From Octopus sinensis (lineage: Eukaryota), in contig NC_043001.1 of assembly GCF_006345805.1 (NCBI RefSeq), positions 112,778,001-112,842,000 on the forward strand: DNA of 64,000 nt. Reading direction: 5' to 3'. Within the stretch, counting starts at the first letter, position 1; each line of letters opens with the position of its first letter. Positions 25,606 to 37,502 of this stretch are shown here, piece after piece. Under the pieces are notes generated by a model. It was not told the DNA's origin, made no database searches, and saw only the letters and a program-made list of their open reading frames with translations. A program made the position numbers and the translations under genes.

Positions 25606-25659
25606 AACAACATCGAAAAATACCTTGGGAATGAGAACCTGGGTTCGAAATTTCCCCAA

Positions 25660-25705
25660 GACACCTGATGAAGGCTGGAGGGTATATCAGCTGAAATGTT
25701 GTGTT
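25660..25705 (+). ncRNA. Minimal type I hammerhead ribozyme motif (Penelope-like), with two apparent CpG-decay changes
   Basis: GACAC-CTGATGA-A-GGCTG-GAGGGTATAT-CAGC(T)-GAAA-(T)GTT-GTGTT: stem I GACAC/GTGTT, core CUGAUGA and GAAA, stem II GGCTG/CAGC(C>T), palindromic AA(C>T)GTT stem III. Activity untested. Confidence 0.6.
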
Positions 25706-26038
25706 AATAACAAACAAGCGGAGGACAAATATCCGGCTGATGTAAATCTATGGAGACATGCATAGCTGCTACATATAGCTGAGCAGAAAAAAATTGTGAA
25801 CAGGACTCTTTAGAACTCTTCAGAACCTTCATTGATAGCCATTTTTTCCCCTTTTTTTTCTCTCTTTCTTTACCCCCCCCCTCTTTAATATTCCCTTTCA
25901 GTATTAATTGTTTTTCCCTTCCCCTTGTCATCTGGCAGCAAAAGTTTGAATCCAGTAATTAATCTCTCTGATCTGAGATTGACGCCTTTTTTCTATCCCA
26001 CTGCCTGACATACTTCCTTTAACATATAGGCACACACA

Positions 26039-26074
<36 letters not shown>

Positions 26075-26230
26075 ACACACACACACACACAAACACACCA
26101 CACACACATCCCTGGCATTGCAATAGTGTGGAATGCAATTAGTGGCATACATATCTTCTATTTATTTACCCAAATTTACCCAAGAATCTCTGACTTCAAA
26201 CAGGAGTGGAATATATATATATATATATGT

Positions 26231-26311
<81 letters not shown>

Positions 26312-26699
26312 CACACACACACACACCACACACACACACACACACACATAATGTCCCTAAAAGATAATGGGTTATTTATTTATTTTTTGTAGTAGTCAAG
26401 AGGTGAAATGCAAATTTTATGGTCAGTGGCTATAAATGTTTATTTGGATGGATTTGAACTCTGTTGCAAAAGGGGGTTAAAAGGAAATGACAATAAGTAG
26501 ACATGTCAGCGTTTTGTGACCCCTATTTTGACAGATGGTTGGGTGGGTGAGACAAGTACCCATGGACTGAAACTGTAATTAGATTGAGTCAAGGTAGTAG
26601 TTAATCATGGCATTGGTGGTGATTGTAGCAGCGGGTAATGACCCCTTAGGGGGTGACCACTTCTACAGTTAAACACCCGGGGTGGATGTGGCTAAGAGT

Positions 26700-26962
26700 T
26701 AATTTAGTAATAACAATAATAATAATAATAATAATGATTGCCATATCAGTTGTTGATGTTTAGCCTTCAGGTCAACCTTGATCCAGTAATACATAAGCAA
26801 TGTCAATTCTAGTGGCATCACTGCTGTTTGTAGTAGTAGTAGTAGCAGTAGTAATAGCTGTATTAGTAATATTATTATTATTATTATTAGTAGTAGTAGT
26901 AGTAGTAGCAGCAGCAACAGCTGAAGTTGAAGATGTAGTTGTAGTAAAAAGAGTTGAAGTGT

Positions 26963-27035
<73 letters not shown>

Positions 27036-27045
27036 GCTATTACTA
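26700..27045. repeat. Compound trinucleotide repeats (AAT/TAG/CAG/CTA)
   Basis: Direct inspection. Source of the poly-L/I/V/S/T ORFs. Confidence 0.9.
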
Positions 27046-27942
27046 CTGATGAACTGTGTAGTAAGGGTTAATTTCATGGTGTTGCTTACACAACTGTTTG
27101 CAAATGTAACGAACGGTATTAATTCCAGTGGTTTTATAGTAGTTAGCTGTAGTAGTACTTACATTTGTTGTTGCTTGACTTTGAAGTAGTAGTTATATAA
27201 ATGATATATCTTCTGTAGTTGTCATTGTAGTATGTATGCAGTTAATTGTGCTGAAGTTGCTGATGTTGGGTAGTTTTGTGGCAGTTGTGAGGTTGCTTGC
27301 TACACATCAGCTTAACCCATCAACCATTCTCTAAGCTTCATTAAAAATTCATTATCCGGAGAGATATCACTTCATTAATAATAATAATAATAATAATAAT
27401 GTTAGTAATGATGCTGATAGGAAGTGTAAGCAACAAGAGTATGTAGAACCGGCTGCTCAAGACTGGGCTCTACTTGACCTGATCATGGAGATAGAGACAA
27501 AACAGGGAAGAAGGAGCAGGCATCATCTGTTCTCGCATGCTTTGTTTCCTTTCATTTTACATAAGCTTAAATCTCTTATGATAAAAGGCAGATTTTCTCT
27601 GCCTCCCAAACCGTTCGTTTTTTATACAATTGTACAATATAGAATTTCTTCAATTGGAATTTACCTACAATTTTTACAAGTAGATTCCATTGGGTCATGG
27701 CATGTAAAGTTTTTTCTATTTGACCCCCAATTAAGCAAAAATTTGAGAAAAGTAAATACTTTACGATTTCCCTCTCTAATTTCAACTGCTTCACTCATGC
27801 TATTACCATAATATAGAATATATTGCTTTCCATATTGATAATGGTTATTGTTGCTCAGCCCCCAGCTCAGCTCTGATCTGATCAAGGAGCCCTAAGATGA
27901 AAAAGTATTCCAGCCTTGACCATCCCCTTTTTGTTTTTCAGA

Positions 27943-28166
27943 TACTCACTTTTTACTCTTTTACTTGTTTCAGTCATTTTACTGCGGCCATGCTGGAGTA
28001 CTGCCTTTAATCGAGCAACTCGACCCCGGGACTTATTCTTTTGTAAGCCCAGTACTTATTCTATCGGTCTCTTTTGCTGAACCGCTAAGTAACGGGGACA
28101 TAAACACACCAGCATCGGTTATCAAGCAATGCTAGGGGGACAAACACAGACACACAAACACACACA

Positions 28167-28207
<41 letters not shown>

Positions 28208-28370
28208 GACGGGCTTCTTTCAGTTTCCATCTACCAAATCCACTCACAAGGCTTTGGTCGGTCCGAGGCTATAGTAGAAGACACTTGCCCAAGGTGCCAC
28301 GCAGTGGGACTGAACCTGGAACCATGTGGTTGGTAAACAAGCTACTTACTACACAGCCATTCCTACGCCT
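27943..28370 (-). mobile_element. SINE family A
   Basis: Full copy. Confidence 0.9.
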
Positions 28371-28616
28371 ATACAGTATGTTTAAAATTTTATTACCATG
28401 TATGTGTGTGTGTCTGTGTGTGTGTGTGTGTTCCTTGATAGAAGTGTTTGATTTGAATGAGATTTCATTGCTATTTCTAGCAGATCGACTAAATGTTGTA
28501 GAGTCGCTTTGTTAGCTTGATGATTGTGGTGGAGTGTGTGTTTGCTGTGATCTGAGAGAGTTTCTATATGATTGCTCCTTTAATGGTTGTTGCTATTTTC
28601 CTAATAGGACACCTGA

Positions 28617-28647
<31 letters not shown>

Positions 28648-29131
28648 TTGTGTGTAAGTATATGTTTGAATGCACGTATGTGTTTGTGAGTGTAATTAGT
28701 TAGTTAACACAGCTGACATGTCTTTCAGTTTTCACGCAGCAGGAGTGAATTAATTCTACATGGAACCTGATACTCTCTGGCTCCAGAGATTCTTGGCTCC
28801 AAAGGGAATATATTATAGATAACTTCTGAAATAAGAAGCTGGGCAAGCATTAATAAAGAAAAAAATCAGCCGGTTGTTGATGATGATGAATAAATGGGAG
28901 TGTTGGATAGAGTGCTTGGAACTCCAATGGAAATGATATATATATATATATATTTGAGTAGTTGAATGAATTATCCTAGTATGGATAATTGGTTAACCGA
29001 TACCCGGGTAGCAAATTCATGTCAGAAAAACACGGTTGAAGCTACATGCCACGGGCAGAGATCACGTGCTTTCGTGTGGAAATTTGTGTGTTTTTTTTAA
29101 TGCAAATAAATGAAAGAATGGAGTTGAATGA

Positions 29132-29176
<45 letters not shown>

Positions 29177-29678
29177 CTTTTTAACCATATCAAGTTAGCA
29201 TCAATGGTGTTGAGTTGATATAGACTTATGAATGCCAGTATTAATACTCAGCAAGACAGGTTTGGAGTGTCTGGTTCTTCACTTCAAACCATACCGTTTA
29301 TCTATCTGTTCATGATGAAATAAGTACCAATGCTTTAGGAATCAAACGATTATTTGAAATTGTGAGCTGGATACAGATTTGGCTCTCAGAATTCTTTCAG
29401 ATTTTTTGTTTTTGTTTTAGTTGTTGTCAAAATGAAAGTTAAGCAACACTAAATTCTGAAATGCCTATAGACTCTTTTCCTTACACAGTGTCTAAATATG
29501 TGCTGCTATTAGTTTCATGCTGTGGAAACACAATAAATCAGAAATTTATAACATGCCTTGTGCCTCTAAGCAATCCTTTAAGCTGAAATGCCTTTTGTCT
29601 TGGAGGCACAAATCATGATTTATAAATCTACTGATTTATTGTGTTTCTGCAGCATGAAACTAATAGCTTGTATTTAGA

Positions 29679-30097
29679 TACTCTCTCTCTTTTACTCTTT
29701 TACTTGTTTCAGTCATTTGACTGCAGCCATGCTGGAGCACCGCCTTTAGTCGAGCAAATCAACCCCTGGGACTTATTCTTTGTAAGCCCAGTACTTATTC
29801 TATCGGTCTCTTTTGCCGAACCGCTAAGTGGCGGGGACGTAAACACACCAGCATCGGTTGTCAAGCAATGCTAGGGGGACAAACACAGGCACACAAACAT
29901 ATACACACACACTTATATATATATACATATATACGACAGGCTTCTTTCAGTTTCCGTCTACCAAATCCACTCACAAGGCATTGGTCGACCTGAGGCTATA
30001 GCAGAAGACACTTGCCCAATATGCCACGCAGTGGGACTGAACCCGGAACCATGTGGTTGGTAAACAAGCTACTTACCACACAGCCACTCCTGAGCCT
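29679..30097 (-). mobile_element. SINE family A
   Basis: Full copy. Confidence 0.9.
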
Positions 30098-30152
30098 ATA
30101 TATACTGTGTATATTAAATGATATTTTTCTCTAAATGGATGGAGTACATTAA

Positions 30153-30369
30153 CCCTTTCATTACTAACCTGGATGAAACAGGCTCTGGCTCTGGCTCTGA
30201 GTACAAATGCCTTGTTTTATAAGTTTTGAATTAGGATCTTCCACCAAACCTTTGTCAGATTTTATGTTCCTAACACTACTAGCTGAATGATAACTAAGTT
30301 ATCTTACTAAATTCTTTTGTTATTGAAAGAAACACAGAACATCTCAAAATAAATACAGAAATGAAAGTG
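30153..30369 (+). mobile_element. piggyBac-like MITE P1
   Basis: TTAA-flanked; same internal sequence as the other P1 copies. Confidence 0.8.
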
Positions 30370-30785
30370 TTAAAATCTCTATATGTATACAAATAGATAG
30401 ACATTGCAGTGACTGTATATTGAATAAAGTTTGCGTATTATAATGTATCATCATAATAGTATTATACGTAGCATATGTCGTAATGATATTTGTATGTGTA
30501 TAGAATGTATGTTATATTGACTATAGGTAAAAATATACTATTTTTGGTAAATGAACTTTAATCAGAATCTGGCCTGGCAATGATACATATGTTGTAATAA
30601 GTTTATATATATGTATGTTATGTTGATTCATTTAATAAATGCCAGTTTTATCTCACTTCTTTCACAATGCTATCAATTTTGACAGTGCAGGCGTACTAAT
30701 CGGTATTATAATAATTTCCTATATTGGCACAAAACCACAGATTTGCAGAAGAAGAGTCACATAAATGGATTTACAAATCAGTACC

Positions 30786-30994
30786 TATTTCTTTACTACC
30801 CACAAGGGGCTAAACACAGCAGACAGACAAACGGATTAAGTCGATTATATCGACTCCAGTGCGTCACTGGTACTTATTTAATTGACCCCGAAAGGATGAA
30901 AGGCAAAGTCGACCTCGGCGGAATTTGAACTCAGAACGTAACGGCAGACGAAATACGGCTACGCATTTCGCCCAGCGTGCTAACGTTTCTGCCA
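30786..30994 (-). mobile_element. SINE family B
   Basis: Family B copy with a short internal deletion. Confidence 0.9.
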
Positions 30995-31093
30995 ATACCA
31001 CCATAATTTCTATTGTGAAGATAACCTTAACAAGTGATGTAAAGCACACTGCTAACACTGTAGGATATGGTATTGACTTATAAAAATGTTTAA

Positions 31094-31315
31094 CCCTTTT
31101 GTTACCATATTCATTTTGAGATGCTCTGTGTTTCTTTCAATTAATTATAAATATAACAGAGAATTTAGTAAATTAACTTAGTTATCATTAAGCTAGTGTT
31201 AGGAACATAAATTGTGACTAAGCTTTGGTGGAAGATTTTAATTCAAAATTTATGAAAACAAGACATTTGTACTACAGAATCAGAGCCGGTTTCAGCTGGG
31301 TTGGTAATGAAATGG
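31094..31315 (-). mobile_element. piggyBac-like MITE P1 (inverted orientation)
   Basis: TTAA-flanked; reverse complement of P1. Confidence 0.8.
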
Positions 31316-32077
31316 TTAATATACTTTATAGTATGTTATGGTTGCTTAATGAAACACCGTGTCCCTATAAGTCATTAATAAGTTAACTGTGGTTGGATTT
31401 GAACATAAAATAGTGATGAAATAAAAAGTGGAAGTCATCACTGCTTCTTTTTTTTAATGTAACAATGAGACAATGAGCGATGGCTAGAAGGATATTGAGC
31501 TTAACTTGATAACCAGCTGATCTAGCAAGCGGGGCCTTATATCAGTGAGGGGGCCGGTGCACGTTGATGCCGTCAAGAGGTAGGCCACGAAACGGCGCGC
31601 ATTCTCTCCTGATGACCCCATACACTTGCTGGCTTCCAGTATACGGAGCTTTTGACGGGTAGCACTTGCATGTGCAAGTTGCTTGCAAGACATTTAATGA
31701 CGTAGGCACAAGTCCAGAAATTTGGAAGCAGGGTAGTAAATTAAATCAATCTCATGTCTTGACTAGTACTTAATTTTATCAAACCCAGAAGGATGAAAGG
31801 TAAAATTGGCCTTAGTGGGATTTGAAAACAGAAAATAAAGGGCCAGAACAAATACTGCAAGGCATTTGGCTCAACACCCCACCAATTCTATCTATCCACT
31901 ACCTTAAAACTGTCTAGGCACAAGAACAGCTATTTGGAGGGAAAAGGTTGGGTTAGTTGGTTAAATTTAACTCCAGTACTTGACTGATATTTTATTTTAT
32001 CAAAAAGGGAAGGGTGGAAGGTGAAGTTGACCTTGGGAAGATTTGAACTCAGAATATAATGATCCAGAAGAAATACC

Positions 32078-32296
32078 TATTTCTTTATTACCCACAAGGG
32101 GCTAAACACAGAGGGGACAAACAAGGACACACAAACTGATTAAGTCGATTACATCGACCCAGTGCGTAACTGGTACTTAATTTATCGACCCCGAAAGGAT
32201 GAAAGGCAAAGTCGACCTCGGTGGAATTTGAACTCACAACGTAACACAGATGAAATACCGCTAAGCATTTCGCCCGGCGTGCTAACGTTTCTGCCA
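32078..32296 (-). mobile_element. SINE family B (older B-like remnants at ~31700-32075)
   Basis: Family B motifs. Confidence 0.85.
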
Positions 32297-33343
32297 TCTT
32301 GATTAAATAAATACCTTTAATGTAACTATAATGATGATGATATATTTATTGGTTCAAACTGTTTCAAATATTACAAACTGTAAATTTAATCTTGATGGAG
32401 GCACCCTAATAGCTGAGAGACTCTTCTTTAGAATGTATAGTTGTGCTTAGATAGCAAATTTGACAAGTTCATTTCCATGGGTCATTTAATATTGAAATTG
32501 TTGTAGCTAAATAATCAGTGAACATAAAATATATCTGGCACCATCTCTCTTGTCTATTTTGTATATAAATAAATAAATGATTGAATAACCAAAAAAAAAA
32601 CAAGAAAAGATTTCTAATAATATTTTGTGGGATTTTGTTGGTGCCATTAGGGTTTATTATCATTTTTAGCAGTCTATATTTTTTTGTTATATTTTTTTGT
32701 TTTTCCAGTCTGGTATCAGTTTTGTATTCAATGATTTCTGTTTTACCTCCTCAGCTAACCATCCCACATGAAAGTTCATCATTCGCAATGTTGTTTTAAT
32801 TTTCAGCCACAATTGAATATAAATCAGATAAAGCTGCTATAAAAGACAGATTAGAACCAATTATACATTGAGAAATAATTGGATTAATTTACATTTCATT
32901 TGTTTTATTTTTATTTATAGTTTTGCAAACAATCATAAAGAGGTGTATGTATGTGCGTGTATATATATGAATGAGTATTTTATGTCATTCAGTAAGCGTC
33001 CGTATATATTGATTACTAAAAGGATATATATGTTTATAAATAGAAGAAATAAAATATGTATTTATGTATCCATTCATAAACATAGTTTTTATATGCATGC
33101 TTGGTGTTTGCCACACACACACATACACAGGTGCAGACATGGTCATGTTGTTAAGATGTTTGCTTTGGAATCATGTGTTTTGGGATTCACTCCCACTGTG
33201 CTGCATCTAAGGAAAGGGTCTTTTATTATAACCCTGAGAGAATTTGGTTGGCAAGAAATAAAAGTATCTGTGTGCGCATATGTGTATGTAATGTGTGTAT
33301 GTATGAATGAATGAATGAATGAATAATTTTTCTTTGAGTTTAA

Positions 33344-33562
33344 CCCTTTAGCATTCAGATTATTCTGTCAAGTGTAACACTTTTTAATTCAAATTGTTTT
33401 TAATTAATCCTGCATTATTTTGCAGCTTTGAAATTTTGATGATGTGACTGTATATTTTATAATGGCATTGAAGGGTAGGTATGATAGGCTTGATCTGGAT
33501 GGTTAGAACATAAAACAGGAAGCACATTTCAGCCGGATATGGCTGGTTTAAATGCTAAAGGG
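33344..33562. mobile_element. piggyBac-like MITE, family P2
   Basis: TTAA|CCCTTTAGCATT...AATGCTAAAGGG|TTAA. Confidence 0.8.
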
Positions 33563-33713
33563 TTAAGTTCTTGAGAGAGTGCATGCTGGTCACTAACGTA
33601 TCGACCAGATTTTTTGAGTTAAGAGATTTCCCAGTGTTTGTAAATATTTGGTCGAGTTGGTGTGTTGATTGAAATATCGTATCACTGAATAGATGCAAGT
33701 GTGTGCATCTATT

Positions 33714-33787
33714 CAGACCCCAGTTGAACTGTCCAACCCATACTAGGATGGAAAGCGGACGCTAAATGATGATGATGATGATGATGA
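33714..33787 (+). mobile_element. Short family D tail with (GAT)n
   Basis: CAGACCCCAGTTGAACTGTCCAACCC...GCTAAA(TGA)n. Confidence 0.75.
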
Positions 33788-35808
33788 TATATATATATAT
33801 TCACATACAGATTATAGGGACACTTGTATCCATTTGCCTGTTTTCATTGACTGCTTTATAGGTTTGTAATATAACTGGTCATCTCTCTAAGATGATTATT
33901 TCAAATTCTTATTTTTATTATATACTCATTTCCACATTTTCTCAAGCTGTCATATGATGGAAACTGATCTTTAAATTCATTCTCAAACTTTGTGATGGAT
34001 GGGATGCTTAACTTTTTGTTTGGTGGGCTGAAAGCAGATACATGAAAGTTTTGTACGGTATAATTCAACAAATGATTTTCAGTTCAATTCCTATCAAGGT
34101 TGAATTACTCTTTCGACCGCATGAGTATTACTCTAAATCTCTATCACAGTCGGATGGAAATTAATAATGATATTCAACATTAATATATTCAACATGTGTG
34201 TGTATGCACACATCGATATATGCTTATAACAAGAATGGTATCATGGTCTTAGACAGAGTCCTATACTGTATAACAATTGTATGTATGCCTTGACAGGCTT
34301 TGGCACATACACAGGTTCACTGAAAAATCTAGAGATAAACAGAGGAGCTATTAAAACAACATTTGTCATGACAAGCCATCGGCAGGTTGTCATTGTTTTG
34401 GGTCAAAGTCGTGCTTTGAAAGTCCAGTTTTCTAATCTTCTTTCTCTTTATATTCATTTCTTCCTTCTGCATTTTTACCTTCTTCGTCTTCCTTCTTCCT
34501 GGTGTATCATTTGTTTCTTTATTCTTAATCTTCCTTCTTCTCTTTTCATCTTCTCACCATCATAACCATCATCTATGTTTTCTTGGACATATTGAGCTAA
34601 ATTCTTCAATTGTACAATAGAATACAGTTTGGCAGTATAATGTTTTCAAGCCAATCCTCTTATTTTATTGCAGTTATCATCTTCATAGCTATCATTATCA
34701 TCAATGTAGTCTCCGTTCTTCTCACCAGGTTTTTTTTTTTTTCATTTTTATTTGCTCTTTTTATATGCTCTGATGCTGTAATCATCATCATCACAATGCT
34801 TTAATCATCATCACCATAATCATCATCAGTGGAAGATTTGCTCTGTAAGATAAAAATCATTAAAGCGACATTGTTTAGCTTCCTTTTTTTTAAAATATTT
34901 TAAAATATTTTCTACATCATCATTTATATTTTTGTGGTTGCTGCTGTTGCAGCAGCAGTTCTTCTTTTTCTTTGTTTTTTGTTTGTTTTTAATATCTTAT
35001 TTTTTAAAATTTTATAATTGTTTTATTCAGTCACAGCAGTAAACAGAGGTATCTTGAGGTGTACAATTAAATTGAAATCCATTTTGGCAGATTTGTTGAA
35101 TTGAAGAAAACAAGCAATAAAATGAAATTTTAAAAGAAAATGAAATAAACATTCCCAAATTGCCAAAATAATGATTTGTCCTTCCAAAATTTGAAATTTA
35201 AATTAGAAAATAAAATGAGACAAACTCCAAGCAAACAAAGAGTGATTACTAAAAATGAAAGATCCTTGAAAAATCTTAAGTATTACATTTAAATTTGAAC
35301 CCTTCAAGTTAGTTCTTCCATACATCATTTAAACGTTGAATAAAATTTTCAGAACAAGATAACTTAAAATTTATTTGCTAATTCATTGGAATTCTTTTGT
35401 TTTAATTATAGCTTTAAATACAAAGAAAGTTGAATGTTCAAGGCCATGATTTGAAAAACTGTCATTGAAGCTTTGCTCTTTGACTAGGTCCATTACTCAA
35501 CTTCACTTAGTCAACAAAACTGTTCGATTTTTACTTTTGAACATCTTTCTTCCGATTAGCATTATGAAGGATGGCTATTCAATGGTAAAATTATTGTGGT
35601 ATCCATTCCAGGTAAATATCTGAATTAACACTCTGGGCTGAACATTTGACAGCTTTTTACTTGTTCTAGAGATTGTAGTATTGATGTTTGCTTCTTTTGA
35701 TACCAACTCAACCGAAACCATCACTTATGATACAAACTAGCATTTTTAAAATGTTCATATTTAATTAGACCGAATTTTCCATTAAGTTATGTTCATAATG
35801 TCAGTTAA

Positions 35809-36001
35809 TCCTTTAGCATTTAAACCAGCTACATCCAGGCCAAATATTCTGCCTGTTTTGTGTTCAAAGCAGCCAGCTATGGCATCTCACACCTATCCTG
35901 CAATGTCGTTTTAGAAGTACATAATTGCATCATCAAAATCTCAATGCTTTGAGATAATGCAGGATTCAAAATAATGACAGAATAATCTGATGGCTAAAGG
36001 G
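35809..36001. mobile_element. piggyBac-like MITE P2 (inverted relative to 33344)
   Basis: TTAA|TCCTTTAGCATT...GGCTAAAGGG|TTAA. Confidence 0.75.
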
Positions 36002-36650
36002 TTAAATATAAAAAGATTATTTCACTAAATCTCTTCAAATTCTTGATTTCCAAATTATTGAAACCTGTAAGTAGTGTATTGCATTGAATTTATGGTCATA
36101 AAAGAGGTTAAGCTAGTATCATTTATATTCTGTTGAAGCTAGCCCTGTCAATTATAGCTTTTCAACAAACCTCTTTTCACTCAGTTTGAGCTGAATTCCA
36201 TTGGATTAATTATAAAGATATCAAGACAGATTTATTACCCTACATAGCTTTAAATGGATACTGATATTTTAATAGTTCTATTAGTGTGTGTGTGTGTATC
36301 AAGGTGAAGGGAAAGAGTGTTTTGAGGATAATGAACCATTGCTAGTGAATGAAAGGAGTCCACATGTAGTTCTGGATATTATTGTTGAAGTATTCACTGA
36401 ATGCAAATAGCTTTGTAGCATGAAAAGAATGTTTTGTTCTCTAGCTTCTTAAAGTTGATGAAATTAAACTCAATTAAATATGTTAACACTAATTTAGCCA
36501 TTACTTCTCATGTGGATGAGAAGACTCTCTTGGTGTAACGCTACTTGATAGGGTATGTAGCTCAGGGACCAAGGAAATCTTTCTAGGTTGAGCCACTACT
36601 TCTCTACATTGAAAGGCCACAACTCTGGTACTATGGACATGTGATTAGAA

Positions 36651-36851
36651 CAGTGCTTTTCAAACATTTTGCTGGAGCGGAACCCCAAGGAAACATTCCA
36701 CTGGCTCGAGGAACCCCTGTGCAATAATTTAATAGTTTTATGCACACATATCTGCACAGGAGAATTAAAAATTACTGCCGATTTTAGCAGTTTTGTAACT
36801 TCTTGTGGAACCCCTGGACCTTACTGGCGGAACCCTGGTTGAAAACCACTG
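36651..36851. mobile_element. hAT-type MITE
   Basis: TIRs CAGTGCTTTTCAA and TTGAAAACCACTG; TSD GATTAGAA/CATTAGAA. Confidence 0.75.
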
Positions 36852-36874
36852 CATTAGAATGTTACAGAAAAGAA

Positions 36875-37095
36875 TTGCAAGACAGATTCTCCAAGCCAAA
36901 CCAACCAGCAGGTGACCTAGGGGTGAACCAAGAATAAGATGGTGGGATAATATCCATTATTTCAGTTGGTCGTGCTTTGCAGACCTGCTGGAAAATGTAA
37001 TGAAGGTTGCTTTCGATAGGACCCTGTAGAGGAGGTGCCTAAGGTTTCTACCCCCAACAACTCTCTCAGGAATAGCGGGTTGAGAAGATGGATGA
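36875..37095 (+). mobile_element. Degenerate RTE-like LINE 3' end
   Basis: Remnant peptide P-R-G-E-P-R-I-R-W-W-D-N-I...LLPP-like and a terminal AGAAGATGGATG. Several stop codons. Confidence 0.4.
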
Positions 37096-37300
37096 ATTTC
37101 TTTTAAATATGCTAATTTTTATACCTGTTCTGGTATAATATTGTATGTCTAATTAGTGATCTCATTATTATTTTTATGAAGAGTTTAGTAACCATATGTG
37201 GAGTTGTAATAAGTTTGCAACACAATTTCTTTTTAATGTTTATTATATTAAATATGTTAACACTAACTTAGATCAATACTCATTATTTGACTTAGTTTTA

Positions 37301-37502
37301 AGGTGGCGAGCTGACAGAAATGTTAGCATGCTGGGCGAAATGATTAGCAGTATTTTGTCTTTACGTTCTGAGTTCAAATTCCAACCAGGTCGACTTTGCC
37401 TTTCGTCCTCTTGGGGGTCGATAAATTAGGTACCAGTTGCATACTGGGGTTGATCTAATTGACTAACCTCCTCCCCAAAATTTTGTGCCTTGAGTAGAAA
37501 AG
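37301..37502 (+). mobile_element. Older SINE family B
   Basis: Diverged family B head and core. Confidence 0.75.

Noticed and set aside
27335-27811. 159-codon open frame in unique sequence
   Set aside because: Includes an (AAT)n run, has no recognisable domain, no clear splice signals and AT-typical composition. Compatible with chance.
28758-28810. HGT*YSLAPEILG, resembling kinase subdomain VIII
   Set aside because: In-frame stop, no upstream DFG or HRD motifs, and closed frames on both sides.
31583-31625. GAAAC...CTGATGA as a type II hammerhead
   Set aside because: Stems I and II cannot be formed.
32807-32871. Possible terminal exon (A)TIEYKSDKAAIKDRLEPIIH*; similar short AG/GT-bounded frames at 39864-39907 (-) and 54778-54859 (-)
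   Set aside because: Unrecognised peptides on inconsistent strands. Such short bounded frames are expected by chance; expression data would be needed.
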